Source of the DNA: Nitrospirota bacterium
Lineage (GTDB): Bacteria; Nitrospirota; UBA9217
Length of the DNA stretch: 64,000 nucleotides
NCBI GenBank assembly: GCA_963790205.1
Contig: CAWBNQ010000001.1
Span: 1-64,000, forward strand
Direction: 5' to 3'
Under the pieces are notes generated by a model. It saw nothing but the letters and a program-made list of their open reading frames with translations. It was not told where the DNA came from and made no database searches. Of the stretch, positions 52,292 to 62,852 are shown piece by piece. Position numbers and translations under genes: made by a program. Position 1 is the stretch's first letter; every line of letters starts with the position of its first letter.

Positions 52292-54157
52292 ATGCTCCAG
52301 GTCACGAACATAGAAAAATCCTACGGCAAACAGGTGCTGTTCGACGGCGTCGGCTTTACCGTAAACCCGCGCGAGCGCGTGGGCCTTGTCGGCCGGAACG
52401 GCCACGGCAAATCCACGCTCTTCCGCATGATCCTGGGCGAAGAGCACCAGGACTCGGGCACGATCACCGTGCCGTCGGGCTACACCATCGGGCATTTGTC
52501 CCAGCACATCCACTTCACGGAGGATACGGTGCTTAAGGAGGCCTGCCTGGCCCTCCCGGTGAACGAAGACCACATCGATGAGTCGTACAAGGCCGAAGCC
52601 ATCCTCCACGGCCTCGGTTTCACGAACGATGACTTCGACCGTCCGCCCTCGTCGCTGTCCGGGGGGTACCAGGTGCGCTTGAACCTCGCCAAGGTCCTCG
52701 TGTCCGAACCGAACCTCCTGCTGTTGGACGAGCCCACGAACTACCTGGACATCATTTCGGTCCGCTGGCTCACGCAGTTCCTCAGGGCCTGGAGGAACGA
52801 GATGATCATCATCACCCACGACCGCGAGTTCATGGACAGCGTCACGACCCATACCATGATCATCCACCGCTGCAAGATGCGAAAGGTCGCGGGCGGCACG
52901 CAGAAGCTCTACGACCAGATCCTGATGGAAGAGGAGATCTACGAAAAGACACGCCAGAACGACGAAAAGAAACGGAAAGAAGTGGAGCAGTTCATCAACC
53001 GCTTCCGCGCCCAGGCCACCAAGGCCAGCGCGGTCCAGTCGCGCGTCAAGGCGCTTGCCCGGCACGAGAAGCTCGACAAGCTCGAAGAGATCAGGACCCT
53101 GGACTTCAAGTTCAGGTCCGCGCCGTTCGAGGCCAAGTGGCTCATGACCGTGGAAGACCTGTCCTTTGGATTCTCCGGGGACAGCCCGAAGCTGATCGAC
53201 GGGCTCTCCTTTGGCGTGGGCAAGAAAGACCGCATCGCCGTCATCGGAAAGAACGGGAAAGGCAAGACCACGCTCCTGAACCTGCTGGCCGGGGAGATGT
53301 CCCCCACGAGCGGCGACGTCAAGCTCCACCCGAACACAAAGATCGCCTACTTCGGCCAGACCAATATCAACCGTTTGCGACCTGAGAAGACCGCGCTCCA
53401 GGAGGTCATGGACGCGCACCCGGACTACGCCCAGGGCGAGTCCCGCGCCATCTGCGGGCTTATGATGTTCGAAGGCGATAATGCGCTCAAGAAGGTGAGC
53501 GTGCTCTCGGGAGGAGAGAGAAGCCGTGTGCTTCTGGGCAAGCTCCTGGTCTCGCCGGCCAACCTCCTCATGCTCGACGAGCCCACGAACCACCTGGACA
53601 TGGAATCCATCGACTCGCTCATCGAAGCCATTGAAGTATTCGACGGCGCTGTCATCATCGTTACCCACAGCGAGTTGATCCTCGAAGCGCTGGCGACAAA
53701 ATTGATCGTCTACGATAATGATACGGTGTCGGTCTTTGAAGGGACCTACCTTGACTTCCTCGAACGTATCGGCTGGAGCGACGAGGGGGGCGTGCGCGTA
53801 AAAAAGGGGAAGAAACAGGACGCTGACAAGAACGGGACCAGAAAAGACTCCAAAAAAATGCGCACCGGCATTGTCGCCGATAAGTCAAAAGCCCTCGGCG
53901 CGCTCAAGAAAAAGATCGCCGCACTCGAGGAAGAGATCACGAAGCTCGAGTTCGATGTGGAGCAGGACACGCAGAGGCTTCTGGAAGTATCGATCAAGGG
54001 CGAGGCCCTGGCCATCAAGCGCCTGTCGCAGGCCATGCGCGATAACAAGGCGAGGATCGAAAAGCTCTTTAATGAACTCGAGGCCGTGACGAACGAACAC
54101 GATGCAAAAGCGCAGGAATTCGACCGGCAGTTGGGCGAACCGGCGGAGATTTCATAA
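52292..54157 (+). CDS. ABC-F family ATPase (YheS/Uup-like)
   Basis: Two ABC domains (GRNGHGKST/LSGG/DEPTN and [22 protein letters not shown]), no TM, C-terminal coiled coil. Confidence 0.93.
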   Translation: MLQVTNIEKSYGKQVLFDGVGFTVNPRERVGLVGRNGHGKSTLFRMILGEEHQDSGTITVPSGYTIGHLSQHIHFTEDTVLKEACLALPVNEDHIDESYKAEAILHGLGFTNDDFDRPPSSLSGGYQVRLNLAKVLVSEPNLLLLDEPTNYLDIISVRWLTQFLRAWRNEMIIITHDREFMDSVTTHTMIIHRCKMRKVAGGTQKLYDQILMEEEIYEKTRQNDEKKRKEVEQFINRFRAQATKASAVQSRVKALARHEKLDKLEEIRTLDFKFRSAPFEAKWLMTVEDLSFGFSGDSPKLIDGLSFGVGKKDRIAVIGKNGKGKTTLLNLLAGEMSPTSGDVKLHPNTKIAYFGQTNINRLRPEKTALQEVMDAHPDYAQGESRAICGLMMFEGDNALKKVSVLSGGERSRVLLGKLLVSPANLLMLDEPTNHLDMESIDSLIEAIEVFDGAVIIVTHSELILEALATKLIVYDNDTVSVFEGTYLDFLERIGWSDEGGVRVKKGKKQDADKNGTRKDSKKMRTGIVADKSKALGALKKKIAALEEEITKLEFDVEQDTQRLLEVSIKGEALAIKRLSQAMRDNKARIEKLFNELEAVTNEHDAKAQEFDRQLGEPAEIS

Positions 54158-54369
54158 ATCCGGGGATTAAGAAGGTAAAGACGTGCCCTATTTAGTTATC
54201 TACTACGGCGCAATGGCGCTTGAAAGAAAATGTTGTGAAATGCTGACTGAAACATGCTAATGGCCAAGTTTACCGAGATGCCGAGTCCGGTGGGGCGACT
54301 TATTGGAAGAAACAAGCTGCATATTTCATGTGTGAATTTTTATTTTTCCTGAAGCGGACAATCGCTTGC

Positions 54370-54906
54370 TCAACTTTGAACTACTTTGCCGTGCATCTCC
54401 TGGGTCAGCGCCTCAATGCGTTGGCTCATCTCCTTTACGACTTCGGTCAGCTGCGTGTTCTGCTGGAGCAATTCCAATAACTGTACCGTTTGTTGCGCGG
54501 CCAGTGTTTGGCGCTGCTCGCTCGCGACAGCAAGGGCTTCCCGATGCTGCGCATCGGCCTCGGTGTGCGCCTTGTCCCGGTCCGCCTGTCGTGTTTGCGC
54601 AAGCAGGATGAGCGGGGCGGCGTAAGCTGCCTGGAGACTGAACGCGAGGTTGAGCAGAATAAAGGGATAGACGTCGAACTTGGAAAACCCGAAGACATTC
54701 AGGCCGATCCAGATCGCAACCACGATCGTCTGTGACACAAGAAACAGCGGGGTTCCGAATAAGCGAGCGAATGCCTCGGCCTTCAGTGAAAACCAATCGT
54801 CCCCGAAGACCGAACTAAGATGAAAGTGCGCAAGGTGGAATCGGAAGTAATTGCCATTCGGTGCGGCGATGGGTGCAGTTTTCGATGGTATTGAGCGTAT
54901 TTTCAT
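54370..54906 (-). CDS. DUF1003 membrane protein
   Basis: FDVYPFILLNLAFSLQAAYAAPLILLAQ.RQ..RD. Confidence 0.9.
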   Translation of the reverse strand: MKIRSIPSKTAPIAAPNGNYFRFHLAHFHLSSVFGDDWFSLKAEAFARLFGTPLFLVSQTIVVAIWIGLNVFGFSKFDVYPFILLNLAFSLQAAYAAPLILLAQTRQADRDKAHTEADAQHREALAVASEQRQTLAAQQTVQLLELLQQNTQLTEVVKEMSQRIEALTQEMHGKVVQS

Positions 54907-55250
54907 ATCTTCTCCATTGCTTATTTTCTAAATAAAACAAGGTACGGATGTATTAGGGGGCATTGATACGTGAAGAGTATTTGTCCTGATCGTCACTTTT
55001 TCCCCATCTTCTCGATTAAACGCGAAGTACTGGATGCTGCCACTTCCAGATGACGCGCCCTTTCAGCGGATGATAAGCCGAGTTCCGTCCGGCCCCGTGA
55101 AGCGATAACGGCCCGCATTCTTTCTTCTGCATAACTATCATCCTTAACAGACTCGCAATTCCTTGCCGTGCACGTTTTGTTCTCACCTATCTGATATCTG
55201 GCCCCCTTGAGTAGATTTTGAGATGGGATACCCATCATGATTATTGCCAG

Positions 55251-57152
55251 CTACTTTCCGTTATTTTCGAGGGATTGCAGCGTTTTACATCCGAAATCAT
55301 TTCCCAGATCACAAGCATTTCTTAAATCAGATGCCGCATTTTCAATCCGACCGACTTGAAGAAGCAAAAGTCCTCGATTGAGGAACGCATTAACGTCAGT
55401 TTGATTTAAAGAAATCGCAGTAGTGAAATCCTCGATTGCCTTATCAAGTTGCCCCATGTTTCCAAGAACCATCCCTCGATTATTATAAGCAGAGTAAAAA
55501 AGAGGGTTTAAATCAATTGCCTTATCCAAGTCTTTAAGTGCCTGGCCATACTGGCCCAGATTCATAAAAATCATTCCTCGATGGTAATAGGCTTCGTAAT
55601 AATAGGGAGCCAAAGCAATCGCCTTGTCCAAGTCCTCCTTTGCCTTATCAAGTTGTCCTTTCTCCATAAAAAATAACCCTCTATTATTATAGGCTATAGG
55701 AATCTCATCAGGCCGGTTTTTAATAACATAAGTCCAGAGAGTAATGCTGTTTTTCCAAATACGTATCTGGCTCAGGGTCATATATACTAGGGGAACTAAC
55801 AGTAAAATGACTGCGGCAAGCGTGACAATCTTGGAGGTCAGCTCCGGTTTCTTTGCCCTCTGTATTTTAGTCAACAGCCATGCGGCCACTAACCCTACAA
55901 GCAGGAACGGTCCGAGGCTGGGTAGATAGGTGTACCTGTCCGCCATTGCCTGCGACCCCACCTGAACAATACCAAGAACGGGAATCAGCATTATGACATA
56001 GTAACCCCATGCCGACAACCATTCTTTATGTTTCTTTGCCGTTAACAGACAGGCGCCTGTAATCCCAGCTACAAGAGCAACCGGGAAAAGATATGCCGGT
56101 GATATGCTCTTCGGGTAAGGATAAAAAGGGGTTAAATTCAGGGGCACTATCATATTCCAAAGATAAGCCACCAGAGCTTTGGCCGCCACAAGAATCCGTG
56201 TTGATAAAGGGTAAGCCTCCGTCGTCGCGATAGCTCCAGCTGCCTTTTGTGCAAAGACAGTCAGGACCGATGAGATAATGCTTAAGGCAATAAAGGGGAT
56301 TTTTTCGACCAATACAGTCCGCAATTGTTCGCGGGACTGAAATCTTTGGAGCGGATACCAGTCTAAAAGCAGCAGGACCAAGGGAAGGGTGACCGCCATG
56401 GGTTTGCTTAACAAAGCGAGAATGAAGAATACAACACTAAAAAGATATTGCTTATTGATACGGCGTGCTGGTTCTTGTGCCGCTTCGGTCACATATTTCG
56501 TATACGTTATGATACTGAACAGGAAGAAAAGGGCGCATAAAAGGTCTTTTCGTTCCGCTACCCATGCCACCGATTCTACATGAACAGGATGGAGCCCGAA
56601 CAATAAACCTGTTGCTGTGGCAGCAATAAGCGTAAATGGTGAAAAGGAAATGGTGAAAGACGTGCCCTCCATTTTTAAGGCGGGCGAGGGGTGATTCCCT
56701 GCTTCCAATAACCTCGCAACCAGAACCACCACCAAAAATGTGTTTATTGCGTGCAGAACATTATTGGTCAGGTGATGTCCCAGCGGATTCAATCCCCAGA
56801 CGGCGTAATCCGCGGCATGTGATATCCAGGTAAGCGGGTGCCAGTTGCCCGCATGGAAACCGAAAAATGCCCATTTAAAGAACTTGAGACTAAATGAAGT
56901 GATATTGGGATTCTCATACACATAAAGATCATCATCCCAGTTCACAAACTCATTTTGAAGAGATTTCAGATATACAAGAAAGGTCAGCAAGGAAACCGAA
57001 GCCGCAAGATAGTATCTAACGTTTCGTGATCTCTGCGCAACAGTATTTTGTGACAATCCTGAGTCATCAGACTTGTGTAATGATGTCGCACCGCCTTGGA
57101 CCACGGTGGCTTCCTCCGGCATCTTTTTCTTTTTCCTTGAAGATTTACCCAC
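55251..57152 (-). CDS. TMTC-like GT-C membrane protein with C-terminal TPRs (putative protein O-glycosyltransferase)
   Basis: FVNWDD..Y, WHPLTW.S, HPVHVESVAW.AERKD, ADRY.YLP, W.NS..LW, then TPRs; start GTG 57152 uncertain. Confidence 0.85.
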   Translation of the reverse strand: MGKSSRKKKKMPEEATVVQGGATSLHKSDDSGLSQNTVAQRSRNVRYYLAASVSLLTFLVYLKSLQNEFVNWDDDLYVYENPNITSFSLKFFKWAFFGFHAGNWHPLTWISHAADYAVWGLNPLGHHLTNNVLHAINTFLVVVLVARLLEAGNHPSPALKMEGTSFTISFSPFTLIAATATGLLFGLHPVHVESVAWVAERKDLLCALFFLFSIITYTKYVTEAAQEPARRINKQYLFSVVFFILALLSKPMAVTLPLVLLLLDWYPLQRFQSREQLRTVLVEKIPFIALSIISSVLTVFAQKAAGAIATTEAYPLSTRILVAAKALVAYLWNMIVPLNLTPFYPYPKSISPAYLFPVALVAGITGACLLTAKKHKEWLSAWGYYVIMLIPVLGIVQVGSQAMADRYTYLPSLGPFLLVGLVAAWLLTKIQRAKKPELTSKIVTLAAVILLLVPLVYMTLSQIRIWKNSITLWTYVIKNRPDEIPIAYNNRGLFFMEKGQLDKAKEDLDKAIALAPYYYEAYYHRGMIFMNLGQYGQALKDLDKAIDLNPLFYSAYNNRGMVLGNMGQLDKAIEDFTTAISLNQTDVNAFLNRGLLLLQVGRIENAASDLRNACDLGNDFGCKTLQSLENNGK

Positions 57153-57282
57153 GACAATTAATCCTTCTTTTGAAAGACATTGCACGCTTAGCACTTAGAA
57201 CGTCTACTAAGGGATATTATGAACCTGCGATTCTATATGACTGTGGCAAAGTGGCCAGTTGATAAAGAGCAAAAAGCGGGTA

Positions 57283-58377
57283 CTATTCTTTGAATGTCCA
57301 ATACGAATTCAGAAAATAATTGATGAGCGTGGCCGGGACGATGCCTACTGCCTGATGGACTTGCGGGATGCCGCCGGAATCGACCACCGACAATACCAGG
57401 AAGGTGGAATAGCTGACGCCTAAGGCGACAAGGGAAATGATGTTGAACTTCAGCCCCCGGATATGTATCTTGTCGTTGATGTCCCTGCCCGAGAACGTCC
57501 AGAAATTGTTCAACAGAAAATTTGAAATGATGGAGAGCTCGATCGCGACGGGCGAGGCGATGAATTTGTTCAAACCCGTGTTCATGAGGACGGTGAACGA
57601 AACCAGGTTGACGACGACCCCGGCGGCGCCGACAACTGAAAATTTGAGGAAGGTCTTGCTTCGTTCGAACCGGATCCACCAGGCATTCAGCATGAACTCA
57701 ACGATGTCGGAGAGTCCCAGTTTGGTCTGCCCTCTTTTTCTGTCTATGAACTCGACCGGGACCTCCTGAACGCGCGCGTGATTGACGATCGCCTCATGGA
57801 GAAGCGATATTTGAAAAGCATATCCCCGGACCTTCAGCGCATCAAGGTCGATCTTTCTGACGACCTCCGCCCGGATCGCCCGAAAGCCGGCAGTGCAGTC
57901 TCTGACCTTGTACAGCCCGGCTATGTACCGGGCAAAGACATTCCCCCATTGAGAGATCATCCTTCTTAAAAAACTCCAGTCCTCCGGTATTTTCCCGCCG
58001 GGGACATATCTGCTGCCGATCACGAAATCCGCTCCCCGGTCAACAGCTTCGATCAGTCTTGGAACGTCTTCGGGTCTATGCGAGAAGTCCGCGTCCATTT
58101 CCATGACAACGTCGGCATGCAGGCGAAGAAGCGCGTACTTCATTCCCCTTACATAGGCTGCGCCGAGCCCTTGTTTTTCGCCGGTTATCAAAAAGAGGTT
58201 CGATGCCGTTTTACATTCGTTCCTGACGATTTCCGCAGTCCCGTCCGGCGAATTATCATCAACAACCAGGATGTTCAGGGCATGCGGAATTTTGCGGAAT
58301 TGTTCCTGAAGCGCCCGTAGGATGAGCGCGATATTGTCTTTTTCATTATAGGTGGGCAGAATAACGACGATCTTCAA
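57283..58377 (-). CDS. GT2 polyprenol-phosphate glycosyl (mannose) synthase fused to a GtrA flippase-like domain
   Basis: PTYNE, VDDNSPDGT, MDADFSH, GSRY..GG; C-terminal KFSVVG...NF.LN..WTF GtrA repeats. Confidence 0.92.
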   Translation of the reverse strand: MKIVVILPTYNEKDNIALILRALQEQFRKIPHALNILVVDDNSPDGTAEIVRNECKTASNLFLITGEKQGLGAAYVRGMKYALLRLHADVVMEMDADFSHRPEDVPRLIEAVDRGADFVIGSRYVPGGKIPEDWSFLRRMISQWGNVFARYIAGLYKVRDCTAGFRAIRAEVVRKIDLDALKVRGYAFQISLLHEAIVNHARVQEVPVEFIDRKRGQTKLGLSDIVEFMLNAWWIRFERSKTFLKFSVVGAAGVVVNLVSFTVLMNTGLNKFIASPVAIELSIISNFLLNNFWTFSGRDINDKIHIRGLKFNIISLVALGVSYSTFLVLSVVDSGGIPQVHQAVGIVPATLINYFLNSYWTFKE

Positions 58378-59552
58378 TCTAACACCTGGGGGCCAATATT
58401 TTTTCCCGTGTTCACCGGCTCCTTCAAAAGACGAATGAGCATATACAAGCCGAAGCCTGCGGCAAGAAGCGGGGAGAGCCAGCTGTCATTCACGGCTGGC
58501 GTCAGCAAACGTTCGATCGTCCGGCTCGCCACGAGGCAGAAGACCATGAGCGAGAGCAGGATGCCCTCTCCGATGCGCTTCCCGCTCAAAAACGCCCCTG
58601 CGAGAAACACGCCGAAAAGGGGACCGAGCATCGCATAGGTATTGCTCTCCGTGCGCGGGCTGAACAGTATCACGTAGAGAACGGCCAGCGAGAGCACGTA
58701 GATCGCCGAGCGGGCCGCGCCGTGCCTCTTCCTGGCAAAGAAACAGAGAGCGAGCGTGGCCGCGGCGGCAGCGAGGCGTATCGCGGACTGGATCTTCTCA
58801 GGCACGTCGAGTCCCGCGTCGCGCAGCGCCGTGAACGGCGTCGTCCACCCGTGGGCGACAATGCCCATGTGAGCCGATATGGTCATGTTCTGAAAACATA
58901 CACGGTACTGCTCCGCAACATAGCCGGGGTGCTGGGTCAAAAAAGGCGAGACCGCGAGCGCGATCATGCCCAGCAGCACGCGCCAGGTCATGAGACGGTC
59001 GATGGCGCCTATCAAGAGAACAAGGACGATGGCGAGCGGCTTGACCGCGACAGCCAGGGCAAGCCACAGCACGGCCCGCCACCGGAGGTCGCGGGCAACA
59101 GCGACCACGGCCAAGAGCATGAAACCGGCCATGATCAGCGTAGCTTGGCCGTTCCGCGCGCAGTCCCAGGCCAGGGGGATGGAAACGAGCGTCGCCAGCG
59201 GAAACAGTTCTTTTCCCGATTGCTCGCCGGCGAGCCGCGCGAAACTGCGCAGGCCGAGAGCGAAGACGCCGATATTCACGATACGCCAGGACATCTCGCC
59301 CAGGGCCGGAGGGAGCAGCGCAAAGGGCGTAAAGAGAATGGCCGCCTGTGGAAGGTAAGTGAATCCACCGATGCCGGTCAGCTCATACAGGAACTGACCT
59401 GAGATCCACTGCCGGGCACCGAACCGGTAACTGGGAACGACTGAACGGCTGCTGTCATGGAGAATGAGCGCGGCCGTCGCCAGGAACAACGCTGCCCAGC
59501 CGATCCACGCGTATCGCACCGCGTTTCTCTCGTTTAACGATGCCATCTTCAC
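58374..59552 (-). CDS. GT87/DUF2029-like polyprenol-dependent glycosyltransferase
   Basis: F.YLP..A.LF.PF..LP, NGQ, LA...KP; many TM helices; overlaps the GT2 start. Confidence 0.75.
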   Translation of the reverse strand: MKMASLNERNAVRYAWIGWAALFLATAALILHDSSRSVVPSYRFGARQWISGQFLYELTGIGGFTYLPQAAILFTPFALLPPALGEMSWRIVNIGVFALGLRSFARLAGEQSGKELFPLATLVSIPLAWDCARNGQATLIMAGFMLLAVVAVARDLRWRAVLWLALAVAVKPLAIVLVLLIGAIDRLMTWRVLLGMIALAVSPFLTQHPGYVAEQYRVCFQNMTISAHMGIVAHGWTTPFTALRDAGLDVPEKIQSAIRLAAAAATLALCFFARKRHGAARSAIYVLSLAVLYVILFSPRTESNTYAMLGPLFGVFLAGAFLSGKRIGEGILLSLMVFCLVASRTIERLLTPAVNDSWLSPLLAAGFGLYMLIRLLKEPVNTGKNIGPQVLD

Positions 59553-59756
59553 GTCCGCATCTCTCCCCGCAGATTCACTTCAGGCAGTCCAAGATGTGAT
59601 TATATAAGAATTAAGCTCCCGTATCAAGCAAATTTAAAAAACCGCTTCAACTTGACAACCCGGCGCCAACTGTTTATAGTTAATAAATTTTTCCGACGCC
59701 GGCCGCGGCCGACACAGTGCTGTTAAAATGAAGAAGCTGTTGATGCTCCTTTCTCT

Positions 59757-61406
59757 ATGAAAATTAAGATCCTTTCCGTATCGGCACTCATTCTTATATT
59801 CCTTCTGTGGATTACGCCCGGGCTCTTCGGCCGCGATCCATGGAAAGCGGACGAACCCTTCAGTTTCGGCCTGGCCAATCATATGATCCAAACGGGCGAC
59901 TGGGTTGTGCCCACACTTACCGGCGAGCCCTTCCTCGAAAAACCCCCGCTCTATTTCCTGACCGCGGCTGGGTTCGGACGGCTGTTTTCCCCCCCTTTGA
60001 ACCTTGTCGACGCTGCCCGTTTGGCCACCGCCTTTTATATGTTCCTGGCCTTCCTGTTTTTCGCGCTCACGGCCCGGGAGCTCTACGGCAAGGAACACGC
60101 CGCGATCGCCGTGATCCTCCTGCTCGGTTGTGTTCACCTCCAGGTCACCGCTCACAAGCTGATCACCGACGTCGGCCTCTTTGCCGGTTTTTCCATCGCC
60201 TTCTATGGGTTCGCCCTTTGCGGACGGCGTCGAACCGCCGGAGGGTTCTGGCTCGGGACCGGGACGGGCATCGGTTTCTTATCCAAGGGTCTGCTCGCCC
60301 CCGGCCTGCTCGGCATCATCGCCGTCGCCCTTCCCGCGCTCTTCCGCCAATGGCGGCGGAAAGACTACGGACTGTCTCTCGCGATCGCCCTGGCGGCCGC
60401 GCTCCCCTGGCTGGTCATCTGGCCCGTTGCCCTCTACAGGAGGTCCCCGGATTTTTTCATGCAGTGGTTCTGGAACCAGAACTTCGGGAGGTTCCTGGGA
60501 TTCAATGCCGGGTCCGTCGGATTCAATCCGGGGGCCCCGGACCCCCACAGCTGGTATATTTTGAATCTTCCCTTGCTCGCTTGGCCGGTCATACTGCCGG
60601 CGTCCTGGTCACTCTGGCATTTCAGAAGGTCCTGGCGAGACCATCCGGTTTTCCAGCTCCCCCTGGTCGCATGTATCGTGATCCTTGCGGTGCTGAGCGC
60701 GGCCTCGACCAACCGGGGGCTCTACGCCACGCCGATACTTTTACCGATTACCCTGCTCGCGGTCCCGGGGGTCGATCTGCTCCCGACCAAGGTCAAGGTC
60801 ATTGCCAGCCGGGCAAGCGTTCTTTTTTTCGGCGTCGTGGCGTTCCTCTTGTGGTTCGGCTGGGTTGCGATGATGACCGGCAGTCCCGTTGTTATCGCGC
60901 AGAAGCTTCATGAGTTCCAGCCTGATTATGTCCCTTCCGTCAATGGCGTTTTGCTGGCCGCGGCCGCTCTCTACAGCCTGGCGTGGCTCTTCATCGTGAC
61001 CAGGGTCACCCGCTCGCCTGACTGCGCCCCCGTGAACTGGACCCTGGGAGTGGTCCTCGCCTGGGGGCTGGTCATGACGCTCTGGCTTCCCGCCCTGAAC
61101 CAGGGTTCGAGCTATCGTGCCGCGTTCACCTCGCTTAAAAAGTCCATGCCCCCTGATTATTCCTGCATCGAAAGCCGGGGATTGGGAGAGTCGGAGCGGG
61201 CCATGCTCGAATACTTCGCCGGCCTGCGGACCCGCCGGATCGAGGCCGCAGGCCCGGGAAACTGCGATCTCCTGCTCGAACAGCGGAGCGGTAAAGCACC
61301 TGAGTCCCCCCCCGTGCCCGCCTGGCAAAAAATATGGGAATTCAAACACCCAAGCATTCGCCCCAAGGACATTTTCACGCTTTACAAAAAAGCGGGCGGC
61401 ACTTGA
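59757..61406 (+). CDS. ArnT/PMT-like GT-C glycosyltransferase
   Basis: W..DE, M...GDW.VP...G.PF.EKPPL, FLSKG; many TM helices. Confidence 0.88.
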   Translation: MKIKILSVSALILIFLLWITPGLFGRDPWKADEPFSFGLANHMIQTGDWVVPTLTGEPFLEKPPLYFLTAAGFGRLFSPPLNLVDAARLATAFYMFLAFLFFALTARELYGKEHAAIAVILLLGCVHLQVTAHKLITDVGLFAGFSIAFYGFALCGRRRTAGGFWLGTGTGIGFLSKGLLAPGLLGIIAVALPALFRQWRRKDYGLSLAIALAAALPWLVIWPVALYRRSPDFFMQWFWNQNFGRFLGFNAGSVGFNPGAPDPHSWYILNLPLLAWPVILPASWSLWHFRRSWRDHPVFQLPLVACIVILAVLSAASTNRGLYATPILLPITLLAVPGVDLLPTKVKVIASRASVLFFGVVAFLLWFGWVAMMTGSPVVIAQKLHEFQPDYVPSVNGVLLAAAALYSLAWLFIVTRVTRSPDCAPVNWTLGVVLAWGLVMTLWLPALNQGSSYRAAFTSLKKSMPPDYSCIESRGLGESERAMLEYFAGLRTRRIEAAGPGNCDLLLEQRSGKAPESPPVPAWQKIWEFKHPSIRPKDIFTLYKKAGGT

Positions 61407-61523
61407 AAAAGTGCCGGACACTCAAGTCGTTCTTTAGTCATTCGTTGTTAAAAAAGGGTTTTTAAGACGGGAAATAATAAACAGAGCGCGGGGAACACGG
61501 CAGGCCTTATCGCATGACAATGA

Positions 61524-61569
61524 ACGGGCAGGCCTTCCGGCGAAATGGTCGCTGGAACGCCTGCCCGTA
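61524..61569. terminator. Stem-loop between convergent genes
   Basis: ACGGGCAGG...CCTGCCCGT. Confidence 0.5.
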
Positions 61570-61590
61570 TTCGTTGATTACCTGCCCTGT

Positions 61591-62124
61591 CTATTGACCT
61601 GATTTCAAATTCTGGATCATCTGCCGGATCTCCCCAGCGTCGGGCGCATTCGGCGCGAGCGCAAGGTACTTCTCGAATTCCCTGGCCGCCTCTTTTTTAT
61701 CCTTGAGGTCAAAAGCCAGCACCACGCCCAGGTTTCGATGGGCATAAACGTGATTGGGATTCATCTTGATCGCCTTGCGGTATTCCTCGACCGCCTGCTG
61801 CGGCTTTCCCGAGTTCTTCAAGCACGTGCCCATATCGACCCGCACGTCCACGTTCTTCGGGTCGAGAGCAAGCGCCTTTTTATAGGCATCGGCGGCCTCG
61901 CCGAACCGGTTCGAATCCATGAGCGCATTGCCGAAGGCGATCCAGGCGGCGGCGTTCTGCGGCGACTGCTTTGCGGTCTGTTCGAGCAGCCGCATTACCT
62001 CGGGTGAGGTCACCACGGCGGCCCCGCCGGGATAGCCCGCCTGGCCTTTCGGCTCCTGGCGCTGCTGGCTGCAGCCGGTTGCCGCAATGAGAACAAACAC
62101 AACCGCTAAAACTCTTTTTCTCAT
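61591..62124 (-). CDS. TPR lipoprotein
   Basis: Lipobox ATGC; three TPRs (A..AY.KAL.LDP). Confidence 0.85.
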   Translation of the reverse strand: MRKRVLAVVFVLIAATGCSQQRQEPKGQAGYPGGAAVVTSPEVMRLLEQTAKQSPQNAAAWIAFGNALMDSNRFGEAADAYKKALALDPKNVDVRVDMGTCLKNSGKPQQAVEEYRKAIKMNPNHVYAHRNLGVVLAFDLKDKKEAAREFEKYLALAPNAPDAGEIRQMIQNLKSGQ

Positions 62125-62313
62125 GATCTCCTCCGCGTCTTTACATTCAATAACCCAAGAACAGTCCTTAACCTCAGATAAGCACAGAAGGAATCAAGGT
62201 TGAGGGCACGCTCTCCTCGACCTCAGCATAAACCTTGGCATGCATCGTCAATCCGTATCGCTTTGAAGCGACTTTGTTTACAATTCTTGGCCTCATGTTT
62301 TTTGGATACCTGT

Positions 62314-62631
62314 TTACGATTTAATGAACGAACAGCAGTAATCGGAAAGCTTCCGCACCTTGAGCTTGAACTTTGAATGCGCCGCTGCCTCGAAGGACTG
62401 TCCGTTGCCGATCGTTTTCCACTTCGACACCCCCGGCAAAAGCACCTCGAGCTCGCCGGAGAGGATCTCCATGAGTTCCTTGTCGGAGGTCGAGAACTCG
62501 TATTCTCCCGGGAGCATCACGCCGAGGGTCTTTTTCGAGCCGTCGCTGAACAGCACGGTCCTGCTCGTGACCTTGCCGTCAAAATAAACGTTCGCCTCTT
62601 TTACTACCGTTACATTTTTGAATTCCGACAT
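62314..62631 (-). CDS. ppnP: Pyrimidine/purine nucleoside phosphorylase (DUF1255)
   Basis: [27 protein letters not shown]...E.MEI. Confidence 0.92.
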   Translation of the reverse strand: MSEFKNVTVVKEANVYFDGKVTSRTVLFSDGSKKTLGVMLPGEYEFSTSDKELMEILSGELEVLLPGVSKWKTIGNGQSFEAAAHSKFKLKVRKLSDYCCSFIKS

Positions 62632-62852
62632 GCTGAAATTCTCCTGAACAGTGTATCGATAGGGCAAAAGCGTCATCCCTTGTCACGGGGATTCCTCGCG
62701 CTATGCAGACCGCAGTATCTTTTGTACACTTCTCGCGGTGCGATGTCAACCCAAAAATTGCCCCAAAACTCTCCGAAATCCGGCCTGGCCCTGACTCACG
62801 ATGATCAGCCACATGCGGGCGTGGAAATGACTGCCTTATTCCGCATGCCCAT

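Noticed and set aside
52037..53668. Long antisense ORFs (also 12111-13601, 37343-39196, 43934-45415, 45682-46989 and others)
   Set aside because: Shadow frames opposite well-supported genes, as expected in GC-rich coding DNA.
54993..55238. 81-aa ORF downstream of the TMTC-like gene
   Set aside because: No recognisable motif or clear SD; it may be real but is unsupported.
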